52,365 nt of DNA from Candidatus Pacearchaeota archaeon (GTDB taxonomy: Archaea > Nanobdellota > Nanobdellia > Pacearchaeales > GW2011-AR1): assembly GCA_016866955.1 (NCBI GenBank), contig VGKT01000003.1:1-52365 (forward strand), in the 5' to 3' direction. The notes beneath the pieces are model-generated. The model was not told where the DNA came from. It ran no database searches and saw only the letters and a program-made list of their open reading frames with translations. Within the stretch, counting starts at the first letter, position 1. The number at the start of each line of letters is the position of its first letter. The position numbers were made by a program, and so were the translations under genes. Positions 1 through 7,798 of the stretch are shown here, piece after piece.

Positions 1-1797
1 TTGCCGATTGAACGAACTATTGTCGTTGTTCCCTACCCTGTTCTTGCTACCGCTCGTAATTACTCTGAATTTACTCAAATATATAATGGTTCTCAAAAAA
101 GTGTGCAGATAGGGTTTTTGCCATTTATCCCTTCATATGTTACGTATTATAATGGCTTACCTTCGCTTCCAGTTAATGCTGGGAGTTATAATGTAACTAT
201 CAATCTAACTGATCCTCGTTATACTCTTGAAAGTAACTCTTTCATTGGACTCTTACTTATTGAAAAAGCTTCTCAAATAATTTCTTACACTCCTGCTTCA
301 ACAACTGCTGTGGGGCAAACGGTTGCATTACAAGCGAGTGTAAGCTCAGGACTACCTCTAACGTTTGCAGTAACGAATGGGCCAGGGACTCTTGTCGGGA
401 ATCAATTGACTGTTACTGGTCCAGGGACGATTTTCTTTAACATTTCTCAAGTAGGGAATGGAAATTACCGTTCAGTATCCTCTGAATTTACCTTGAATGG
501 TGCATGTCCTTCTGGACAAGTGCCTGATCAAGGAACATGTAAGAACGTGTGTACTTCCTTTACGTATGCTGATTTTGGTGTGTGCAGTGAACAAGGGCAA
601 CAGACACGAACTATCCTTTCCGCTACTCCTTCTGGATGTGTACAAGGAACACCTGCTCTTACTCAATCGTGTACACGCCAATGTACTCCTGATGTTCAAA
701 TTGGATTTTGCGGAGAAACACGCAATGGTACTTTTACCGGTACTCCCTTTCAATGTAATTCTTTGGGGACTGCTTATTTCCCCAATAACACCTGTGCTCT
801 TACGTGTAATACGGGATTTGTCAAGACCAATGAAACAACGTGCGCTCAAATTACCTGTACACCTGGAGCAACAACTGCTTGTGCAAGCCTTGATCATGCA
901 AGCGTAACAGGATACGAGCAAAAATGTAATGCTTTGGGAACTGGTTTCATTACAACCAACGGGACGATTGAGAATACCTGTGTCTATCGATGTGACCCTC
1001 GCTATTATTCTAATGGAACGGCTTGTATTCCTGGTAGAACCGTTTTCAAGAAAGCTGATTTACAACTTATCCGCGAAACAGTTGGATTATTTGTATTTCC
1101 AAATGTAACTAATACAAGTTATCTGGTATTTGAAGAAACTATTGATGAAAATCGATTAGCAAATATTGCTCTTACCATTGACCAAGTTGATGAAACTAAA
1201 GCATATGTATTAGTGCATAATGTAAGCTTACGAGCTGATGAAACAAAGACGATCATTGTGAAAGCAAAGCGAACAAGTTCAAATGCTGTTTGTATTGCAG
1301 ATAAAACTTCCATTTATACGCGTGCTGAATTGGAAGAAAATTGTTTTGTTTTGGCTTGTCCAGGTATAAATGGTTCGTATGCTTGTAAAAAAAATAATAC
1401 CCTTTTGATTGTCACAGGATTGCGACATTCAGGAGTTATTGAAGAGAGAATTTTTGTTCCTACCACCTCTACAAATACAACTACTACTTCTCAACAAACA
1501 ACTACTTCCCCTACTCAACAGTCGGGAGGAACTCGATTACCTGAAGTAGCAACTCCAGGTACAAGTGGTTCAAGAAATTATGCTGATCCTTTGGCAACGG
1601 GCATTGCGGGTAATGATGCTCCAGTTATTTTTTCCGATGATAATGAAGAAATAACCTTTGTTACACGTCTTGCACGCATTTTTGCAGGAGGAAATCTAGC
1701 GTTGTTGTATGTTGAATTAGGTTTGTTTGTATTAATTGTTGTGTTGTTGCTTGTGATCTTATTTGCGTATTCTCATTTTGCTCGACAACAATCATAA
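1..1797 (+). CDS. Cys-rich surface/adhesin-like protein with a C-terminal TM anchor; N-terminus probably outside the window
   Basis: The frame is open from base 1 and the first codon is TTG. The translation shows an MBG/adhesin-like beta segment (YNGLPSLPVNAGSYNVTINLTDPRY) and a long Cys-rich repeat region. It has more than a dozen N-X-S/T sequons and a Thr-rich stalk (TSTNTTTTSQQTTTSPTQQ). A C-terminal hydrophobic helix (LALLYVELGLFVLIVVLLLVILFAY) is followed by basic residues. Confidence 0.75.
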   Translation: MPIERTIVVVPYPVLATARNYSEFTQIYNGSQKSVQIGFLPFIPSYVTYYNGLPSLPVNAGSYNVTINLTDPRYTLESNSFIGLLLIEKASQIISYTPASTTAVGQTVALQASVSSGLPLTFAVTNGPGTLVGNQLTVTGPGTIFFNISQVGNGNYRSVSSEFTLNGACPSGQVPDQGTCKNVCTSFTYADFGVCSEQGQQTRTILSATPSGCVQGTPALTQSCTRQCTPDVQIGFCGETRNGTFTGTPFQCNSLGTAYFPNNTCALTCNTGFVKTNETTCAQITCTPGATTACASLDHASVTGYEQKCNALGTGFITTNGTIENTCVYRCDPRYYSNGTACIPGRTVFKKADLQLIRETVGLFVFPNVTNTSYLVFEETIDENRLANIALTIDQVDETKAYVLVHNVSLRADETKTIIVKAKRTSSNAVCIADKTSIYTRAELEENCFVLACPGINGSYACKKNNTLLIVTGLRHSGVIEERIFVPTTSTNTTTTSQQTTTSPTQQSGGTRLPEVATPGTSGSRNYADPLATGIAGNDAPVIFSDDNEEITFVTRLARIFAGGNLALLYVELGLFVLIVVLLLVILFAYSHFARQQS

Positions 1798-1817
1798 GAA
1801 TAAGTCTGGTAAAATTA

Positions 1818-2351
1818 CTAAAATCGACTGCGTTCCAATTCTTTTGAGTTTTTCTTTTCTGAAGATGAAGATTTATAGGTTTGTGATGCTCCCTGATAGC
1901 GATCTTGTTTTTGTTTGCTGAGCGTGTCATTATCTCGAAGACGATTGGTATCTGTACTGCCCAAGGGATTAAATCTCTCTTCGCGATCTTTCTCAATTCT
2001 CTGTTCACCCACTGAACGATAGAGTTGTGTATCTTTTTGATCTGAAGTTCCTGCAATACGATACGTTCCATCATTTCGCACTATTCCTCCTGGACGATCA
2101 TACGAAAATGCTTCACGATTAGGAGCGTCAGTACTTTCTGTTTCTTTTTGTTCAGGACGTTGAGAAGCTATCTTTTGCTCAGCAATTGATGAGTTAAAAG
2201 GAAGAGCTAAGGGGAGTGAAGGACGACGAGTACGTCCAGGGAGAAAAGAAGGTTCGCGAATGGTTTGTTCTAAAGAAGTTACTTTTTGAGATGCATTTGT
2301 TTCTGTTATTTTTTGTTTTTTTGTTATAATTCGTATTCTTTTTTTAGGCAT
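1818..2351 (-). CDS. Hypothetical low-complexity, highly charged (R/K/E/S/T/Q-rich), probably disordered protein (177 aa)
   Basis: The track ORF is 1818..2426. I place the start at the internal ATG at 2351 (MPKKRIRIITKKQK...) because the upstream gene's TAA stop (2344-2346) lies just inside it. This gives an 8-nt ATGCCTAA overlap typical of translational coupling. No recognisable domain. Confidence 0.5.
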   Translation of the reverse strand: MPKKRIRIITKKQKITETNASQKVTSLEQTIREPSFLPGRTRRPSLPLALPFNSSIAEQKIASQRPEQKETESTDAPNREAFSYDRPGGIVRNDGTYRIAGTSDQKDTQLYRSVGEQRIEKDREERFNPLGSTDTNRLRDNDTLSKQKQDRYQGASQTYKSSSSEKKNSKELERSRF

Positions 2352-3882
2352 GGTTTGGTAGACTTGACATCTTATGTGATTTTTTATATAAATCATAGAG
2401 CAGATATCCTCTTTTACGAGCGTCAATAATTGCCTGTGAGCGCAATATTTTTTCAGTGTCTGAATCTTTCTTTATTTCTCCAGGTTTGGGAGATTCTTTA
2501 TTCTCTTCTTTCTTTTCTGTTTTGAAAAAAGAGGCCAGTGCTTTGAAAGGATTTGATTCTTCTTCTTTCTTTTCCTCTTTCTTCTCTTCTTTTGAAATAC
2601 CTGGAACATTACCGAGATATTTGGTGATATCATCACGTAAGGTACCTAAACTCTCGGTTGTTGCTCCTTCAATTACTTTCATAACATCTAACACATCATC
2701 CTTTGCTATTTCTTCTCGAAGTATTTTTAATTCTTCATCACTCAAACCATACGTAGTAAACGTAATTTCTGCTTTGCCCTTAAAGCCATATCCTTGTTGC
2801 GTACGTTCGGGAACTGAACGGAATTTGAATTCAACGATCACTACTGCGGCGTATTTTCGTGTTTTTGCTTTTTTGAATAATTTAGGTAATTCTCCGTTTG
2901 AAACGTCATCGGCAGGATCATATCCTGATTCAGCAAGAACGGTTAATTCAAGAAGAGATGTATTGAAAGTAGTAACGAGTGCTGCAGAAGGAGTTGCAGA
3001 TTGTTCTAATGCCCGTGCGGCTTTAAGGTAAGGTTTAGCCCAACGAGCATATAATTGTATAACATTAATTTGACTTTTAAGATAGGTCTTTTCTACTTCA
3101 TATCGTTTACGGAGTTCTCGTTCCGATTCTTTAACCCAGAGGTTATATTCAGCTATTTTTTGTTTTAATAATCGTTTAACTCGGTCATTGAGGTCAATTT
3201 TATCTGCATGTTCTTCATTTTTTACAGTCATAAAAGAATCAATTAACGTAACGAATGCTCCTTGTTGAGAGAATGCTAGGGATTTGAGGCTGGTATTTCC
3301 TCGTTTGATGTCCACTGTATCCATCCAAACTTGTTTTAATGAAATCATTGCTCCTTCCTTAGTAAATTGGTCTTTACTGTTGTGTTGTTCATAGAGTTGT
3401 AAACGAATTTCAAATTCTTTTAAGTCATAAAGGATGTTAAGAATTGATTTTACTATTTGATTTGCTGCTCCGAGCCATTTTCCCCCCTCATCTTGCATTC
3501 TTCCTGCTTTTGCACCTTGTTCAGAAAAATGTCCTGAACCTGGAGAAGAAACAAAATTATCCACGAGTTTGTCTACTTTTCTAAATCCGATATCATTGAG
3601 TTTGTCAATGACCCAGAAGTAACTCGCTTCTGCTCCCTCATTGATATTTTCGTAGATGAGGGTATGTTTTTCCACAGGCGCTTTTATTCCTGATGCAGAG
3701 ACTGCAGATTTATATTGAATATCAATGAGATCCATGTAGGTAATATCCAACGGTTTGGCTTTATCTGCTGCTTTTAGATATCCTTCTTCTTTTACTAGTT
3801 TTTTAACTTCTTCTCGAACTGAGGGGTCGCAGTATAATCCGGGATTAAGTGCTGCGATAAGGTTATGTATGCTGACGGCCAT
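2344..3882 (-). CDS. Hypothetical 512-aa protein with a mixed N-domain, long coiled-coil, beta-rich domain, KE-repeat linker and basic C-terminal tail
   Basis: Long ORF with an ATG start. A TTTAAATAAA box on its strand lies about 31-40 nt upstream. The composition is protein-like, with a heptad-like stretch (RVKRLLKQKIAEYNLWVKESERELRKRYEVEKTYLKSQ). I can read no P-loop, metal or catalytic motif. Confidence 0.8.
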   Translation of the reverse strand: MAVSIHNLIAALNPGLYCDPSVREEVKKLVKEEGYLKAADKAKPLDITYMDLIDIQYKSAVSASGIKAPVEKHTLIYENINEGAEASYFWVIDKLNDIGFRKVDKLVDNFVSSPGSGHFSEQGAKAGRMQDEGGKWLGAANQIVKSILNILYDLKEFEIRLQLYEQHNSKDQFTKEGAMISLKQVWMDTVDIKRGNTSLKSLAFSQQGAFVTLIDSFMTVKNEEHADKIDLNDRVKRLLKQKIAEYNLWVKESERELRKRYEVEKTYLKSQINVIQLYARWAKPYLKAARALEQSATPSAALVTTFNTSLLELTVLAESGYDPADDVSNGELPKLFKKAKTRKYAAVVIVEFKFRSVPERTQQGYGFKGKAEITFTTYGLSDEELKILREEIAKDDVLDVMKVIEGATTESLGTLRDDITKYLGNVPGISKEEKKEEKKEEESNPFKALASFFKTEKKEENKESPKPGEIKKDSDTEKILRSQAIIDARKRGYLLYDLYKKSHKMSSLPNHA

Positions 3883-3912
3883 GCTCTTTTTCTGTTTTCA
3901 CGAGGAGGAGAG

Positions 3913-3922
3913 TTTATTTAAA
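3913..3922. promoter_or_regulatory. Shared TATA-like box (TTTATTTAAA) between divergent start codons at 3882 and 3944
   Basis: This is the only A/T box in the 61-nt intergenic spacer. Its centre is about 26 nt from the + strand ATG at 3944 and about 35 nt from the - strand ATG at 3882. Confidence 0.5.
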
Positions 3923-3943
3923 GGTGTGGTATGTGAACAATTG

Positions 3944-4306
3944 ATGGGTGAGAGTGTTGATATTATCGATTATACCCTGTTACGTAAAAAGGGGATCTTA
4001 CAACGAGCCCAGGCTTCTTCTCGAACGACGCCCTCTTCTGCCCCGAGTAACCCTCTTGCTTCGTTACTTCCTGTTTCTTCCTCGACCCCTTCCCCGGCAG
4101 CTTCTCCTTCTGAAGGGTTATTTGGTTTTATGGATACTCCTTCCTCTGCTCCTGTATCCTCGAGTTCTGCTTCTTCCTCATTCGATTCTGCTTCTCTTTC
4201 TGCCTTACAAATAAAAGTGGATGATTTGGATTATAAAATGGGAAAATTGACTGAACAGATTGCTTTGCTTGAAGCAAAATTGGGATTAGTTGGTAGTTCG
4301 TCATAA
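3944..4306 (+). CDS. Hypothetical 120-aa protein with a Ser/Pro-rich centre and a C-terminal amphipathic coiled coil
   Basis: The track ORF 3755..4306 overlaps the divergent gene. The internal ATG at 3944 (MGESVDIIDYTLLRKKG...) sits about 26 nt downstream of the TATA box centre. The C-terminus reads LQIKVDDLDYKMGKLTEQIALLEAKLG. Confidence 0.55.
   Translation: MGESVDIIDYTLLRKKGILQRAQASSRTTPSSAPSNPLASLLPVSSSTPSPAASPSEGLFGFMDTPSSAPVSSSSASSSFDSASLSALQIKVDDLDYKMGKLTEQIALLEAKLGLVGSSS
4052..4073 (+). repeat. 22-nt exact direct repeat, copy 1 (cctcttgcttcgttacttcctg), inside the miniprotein gene
   Basis: Identical to 4912..4933 in gltX. Both copies are in frame and encode PLASLLP. Confidence 0.95.
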
Positions 4307-4707
4307 GATATATGCCTCTCTTATAGGGAAAAATGTGCACCTTTCTATAGCTCATGTCTTTCCCTCTACTCCTGCTTCTCTGATTACTGACCCTTCTGCT
4401 GGTCATCCTGCTTTTTTTGGTCTTGACATTTTTCTAACGCAAGAAGAATTTTCAAGATTAACACCTCAAACATCTATGCATTGAACTAGGAGCCGATCCA
4501 AACGAAAAAGAATATGCGAGAGGAATTTATTTTCCAGAGGGCTGTTCGATTCAAAATGCAACTAGCTATCACCCCCTTCTCTCTGAACGAGGAAAAGATA
4601 GGCTATTAGCGGATCAACAAGTGTATTGTTCATTAGGTCCTGAAGGAAGTTTTTTCCTTTTACCCTCACAACGACATTCTTAAATAAGCAGGGTACAAGA
4701 GGTAGAT

Positions 4708-6384
4708 ATGGAAGATTTTACGAAGTTGATTCGGGCTTATGCACTCCGTAATGCGCTTGATTTTGGAAAGGTGGACGCAGGACGCATATTACCTAAGTTA
4801 TTTGCTCATGGGCTTGAAAAATCAAATATTGGTACTATCTTGCCCCTCATTACACAAATTGTACACGAAGTTAACGCCCTCTCGATTTCTGCTCGTGAAA
4901 AAGCATTTGGTCCTCTTGCTTCGTTACTTCCTGAACATGAAGAGAAAGAGAAAACCTTGCCTCCGTTGCCTGACGCTCGTCAAGGAACGGTGGTTACTCG
5001 TCTTCCCCCTGAACCAAGTAAACATTTGCATGTCGGACATGGCCTTTCATTTTTATTGAATGCAGACTATGCACGTAGTTATGGGGGGAAAGTGGTATTG
5101 CGCTTAGAGGATTGTAACCCTGAAAAATGTACTCAAGCCTATGCTGATTCTATTATTAGGGATATTACGGAGTATTTACAGATTCATTTAGCTTCGATAT
5201 CCTATGTATCAGATGATATGCCTCAATTGTTAGATTATGCCGTACGTTTGATTCAGAAAGGAGAGGGGTATATGTGTTTTTGTTCTCAAGAACAGATGCG
5301 GGATTTTCGTCATGCAGGAAAAGAATGTGCCTGTCGTACAGCGAGTGTTGAGAAGACCCTGATCCATTGGCGTGATTTTGTAGAAGGACTGTATGGTCCA
5401 GGGAATGCAGTATTACGTCATAAAGGAGACATGTCTCATGATAATCATGTGATGCGTGATTCAGTATTATGGCGAGAAGTAGATGCAATTCATTTTCGGC
5501 ATAAGAAACGATATAAAATTTGGCCCATGTATGATTTTTACAACGCCATTGAAGATAGTGTAATGGGTGTGACGCATGTATTGCGTAGTAATGAATTCCA
5601 TCAACGTGGTGCATTACAACAAGCAATACGTCTGGCATTAGACTTACGTCAACCAACGGTAGTGGAATATGGGCGCTTTAGTGTTGCCGAGAAGACCACT
5701 AAAGGACGAGAAATTCGGGAATTGGTGGAATCGGGAGCGTATATCGGTTGGGATGATCCCCGATTGGTAACGTTGCAAGCTTTACGAAGACGAGGGATTA
5801 GCAAAGAAGTCTTGATTGCCTTAATGCATCAAGTGGGATTGAAGAAAGCAGAAGTTATTTTTGAATTTCCGATGATTGCCGCGGTGAGTCGTAAGCTTAT
5901 TGACGCAACGACTGAGCGATTTACCTTTGTTCCTGATCCTATTGAAATTACGGTGAGCGGAGCTCCTACTGGCCTGACTGAAATTGCGTTTCCTCTCCAC
6001 CCTAATAAGCCTGAAACACGTACCGAGCGTATTACACCGGGAGTAGTATATCTTTCACAAAGTGATTGGGAACTGTACAAAGGAAAAGAAATTCGTCTCT
6101 TGCATGGATACAATCTTCGACTTCATGCAACAAAGAAAGAAGGAACCTATACTTCAACAGAGAATAAAGCAATACCTAAGGTGACCTGGGTATCTACCTT
6201 TGCTCTTCCTGCACGAGTGCTTATGGATGATGGTACCTGGGTGGAAGGTAAGGTCTTGGAAGATGTGGCAAGTTTGAAGCTTGGCACGGTGGTACAGTTT
6301 GAACGATTTGGGTTCTGTAAATTAGATAAAGTGGTTAAGAAAGGTACGGGGCATGTGTATGAATTTTGGTTTACCCACCCTTAA
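4708..6384 (+). CDS. gltX: Glutamyl-tRNA synthetase (archaeal type)
   Basis: Class I HIGH motif (PSKHLHVGHGLSF) and overall archaeal GluRS-like layout at 558 aa. A TTAAATAA box lies about 26 nt upstream of the ATG. Confidence 0.9.
   Translation: MEDFTKLIRAYALRNALDFGKVDAGRILPKLFAHGLEKSNIGTILPLITQIVHEVNALSISAREKAFGPLASLLPEHEEKEKTLPPLPDARQGTVVTRLPPEPSKHLHVGHGLSFLLNADYARSYGGKVVLRLEDCNPEKCTQAYADSIIRDITEYLQIHLASISYVSDDMPQLLDYAVRLIQKGEGYMCFCSQEQMRDFRHAGKECACRTASVEKTLIHWRDFVEGLYGPGNAVLRHKGDMSHDNHVMRDSVLWREVDAIHFRHKKRYKIWPMYDFYNAIEDSVMGVTHVLRSNEFHQRGALQQAIRLALDLRQPTVVEYGRFSVAEKTTKGREIRELVESGAYIGWDDPRLVTLQALRRRGISKEVLIALMHQVGLKKAEVIFEFPMIAAVSRKLIDATTERFTFVPDPIEITVSGAPTGLTEIAFPLHPNKPETRTERITPGVVYLSQSDWELYKGKEIRLLHGYNLRLHATKKEGTYTSTENKAIPKVTWVSTFALPARVLMDDGTWVEGKVLEDVASLKLGTVVQFERFGFCKLDKVVKKGTGHVYEFWFTHP
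4912..4933 (+). repeat. 22-nt exact direct repeat, copy 2, inside gltX
   Basis: Identical to 4052..4073. Confidence 0.95.
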
Positions 6385-6489
6385 TCTCGATGATAATCTT
6401 TATATAGCCCTTTGTCCTTGAAAAGATACGAAGAGGCCCATAAAGGATTATACTCTTCTTATATAACTATGAAAGGAGGTACACACCCT

Positions 6490-6975
6490 ATGTCTTATAC
6501 ACACCGTGGATTAAGTGATGTGGTTACCACCGTTCTTATCATTTTATTGGTTGTCGTTGCCGTTGTGGCAATTGGTGCGTACGTTCGAACGACCGTTGAG
6601 CAATCTGGTAGAACTGTAGAACGTGAAGGAACGTGTTTGTCGAATGTGGTTTCGGTTAGTAGCTGTAGATATCTCAATAATGCTTATGGCGGAACGAACC
6701 TTACTCTGAATATAAACCGTGCAACTGACGACGTTGCAATCGCTTCCATATCCTCTTTGCAAGCAGTTATTAAAGGAACGAATGGTAATGTTCAAACAGC
6801 CGTCGTTCGTGGAACTCCTCCTGGAATGAATGGTGCGATTGTTACGGTTAGTGCTAACTCTTCAGTTACTGTCATGAACGTTAATGCATCAGAAGTTACA
6901 TTGTTGACTGAATTCACTTTGAAGAATGGTAACAAAGTTACCTGCTCGAGCACATCTGTTCCTTGTTCAGTATAA
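6490..6975 (+). CDS. Archaeal type IV pilin-like protein (class III signal peptide, pilin N-terminal domain), short paralogue
   Basis: HRG/LSDVVTTVLIILLVVVAVVAIGAYV is a prepilin-peptidase-type signal plus hydrophobic helix. GGAGGT at 6475-6480 lies 9 nt before the ATG at 6490. The track ORF starts earlier, at 6412. A TTTATATA box is near 6399. Confidence 0.75.
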   Translation: MSYTHRGLSDVVTTVLIILLVVVAVVAIGAYVRTTVEQSGRTVEREGTCLSNVVSVSSCRYLNNAYGGTNLTLNINRATDDVAIASISSLQAVIKGTNGNVQTAVVRGTPPGMNGAIVTVSANSSVTVMNVNASEVTLLTEFTLKNGNKVTCSSTSVPCSV

Positions 6976-6998
6976 ATTAGTCTCGAATCAAGCACACA

Positions 6999-7048
6999 TT
7001 TTTCTTTTTTTTGTTTGTGCTTTTTTCTTTTTTTCTCTTATTTTTTTT
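6999..7048 (+). terminator. Extended oligo-T tract downstream of the short pilin gene
   Basis: The sequence tttttcttttttttgtttgtgcttttttctttttttctcttatttttttt follows the stop. Archaeal RNAP terminates at T-runs. A short AGCACA/TGTGCT stem flanks the first run. Confidence 0.5.
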
Positions 7049-7080
7049 AAGAATCATTGTATAGGTAAAGAATGAAGAAC

Positions 7081-7746
7081 TTATTTCTTCTCTTTCTTGA
7101 GTTCTTGTATGAGATGTACTTTTTCTTCTTCTATCTTTTTTTCTAATTCATCAAGACGTTTGAGTTCTTGTTGCATCTGTGCTTTGTGCGTGAGAGGATG
7201 TGCTTGACCTGTTTTTGTATCTGCGTGTTTTATTGCCTGATTTAATGCGGTACCGGGCATCTTTTTTACATAATCCATAATAGATGTCTTTTCCATTTTA
7301 AGAACGGTGCCGGTTTCATCATCGATGGTTGCTTTAAGAATACCCATCCCTGAAAGAACCGAATTTAATGTCCAGACTTTCTTTCCTTTAATTGTTTGTA
7401 AGATAAGGATGTTCTTTTTAATAGATTCAGAAATCATGCGATTTTTCATTTCTTCTTCTGCAATGCCTTTTAATGCAAAAAGATCAAGATGTGTGCGATG
7501 TTCTAATTGTTCGGGCACATCTGCTTTCATTAAAGGCAATAATTGCATATGAATGCCGTTATCTAAGGTAAATGCGGCCACTTTATGTTCCTTGGGAATA
7601 TAATAATCCAATTGATGGACGTGTTTATTATTTTCATAATCTAATACAAAAAATCCTGCAACGAGATAACTGGTGGTATGCTCTTTTTGAAAGGCATTAA
7701 ATTCAGGTGAAAGATGAAGACGTTCAATATACGGTGCGATATGCAT
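7081..7746 (-). CDS. Hypothetical cytoplasmic protein (221 aa) with a C-terminal charged coiled coil
   Basis: Clean ORF with an ATG start. A shared TATA box is centred about 27 nt upstream. I can read no family-defining motif. Confidence 0.7.
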   Translation of the reverse strand: MHIAPYIERLHLSPEFNAFQKEHTTSYLVAGFFVLDYENNKHVHQLDYYIPKEHKVAAFTLDNGIHMQLLPLMKADVPEQLEHRTHLDLFALKGIAEEEMKNRMISESIKKNILILQTIKGKKVWTLNSVLSGMGILKATIDDETGTVLKMEKTSIMDYVKKMPGTALNQAIKHADTKTGQAHPLTHKAQMQQELKRLDELEKKIEEEKVHLIQELKKEKK

Positions 7747-7768
7747 AAACCCTAGATGTATCAGGGGG

Positions 7769-7778
7769 TTTTAAATAG
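7769..7778. promoter_or_regulatory. Single shared TATA box (TTTTAAATAG) midway between divergent ATGs at 7746 and 7799
   Basis: The box centre (about 7773.5) is about 26-27 nt from each start codon. The midpoint between the two ATGs is 7772.5. Confidence 0.6.
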
Positions 7779-7798
7779 TTTGTAATTCCTAAAGTACT

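Noticed and set aside
472-921. ORFs embedded in or antisense to long conserved CDSs throughout the track, such as 472..921, 497..907, 2456..3031, 5165..5656, 23934..24230, 28623..28898, 31810..32136, 32905..33261, 33508..33912, 37723..38073, 41119..41457, 44421..44960, 47957..48268, 48530..48841 and 49292..49615.
   Set aside because: Each lies wholly inside a longer ORF that carries clear family motifs or a better promoter and start context. Their translations are low-complexity mirror images, such as S/F-rich frames opposite K/E-rich coding sequence. None has a TATA box at the expected spacing.
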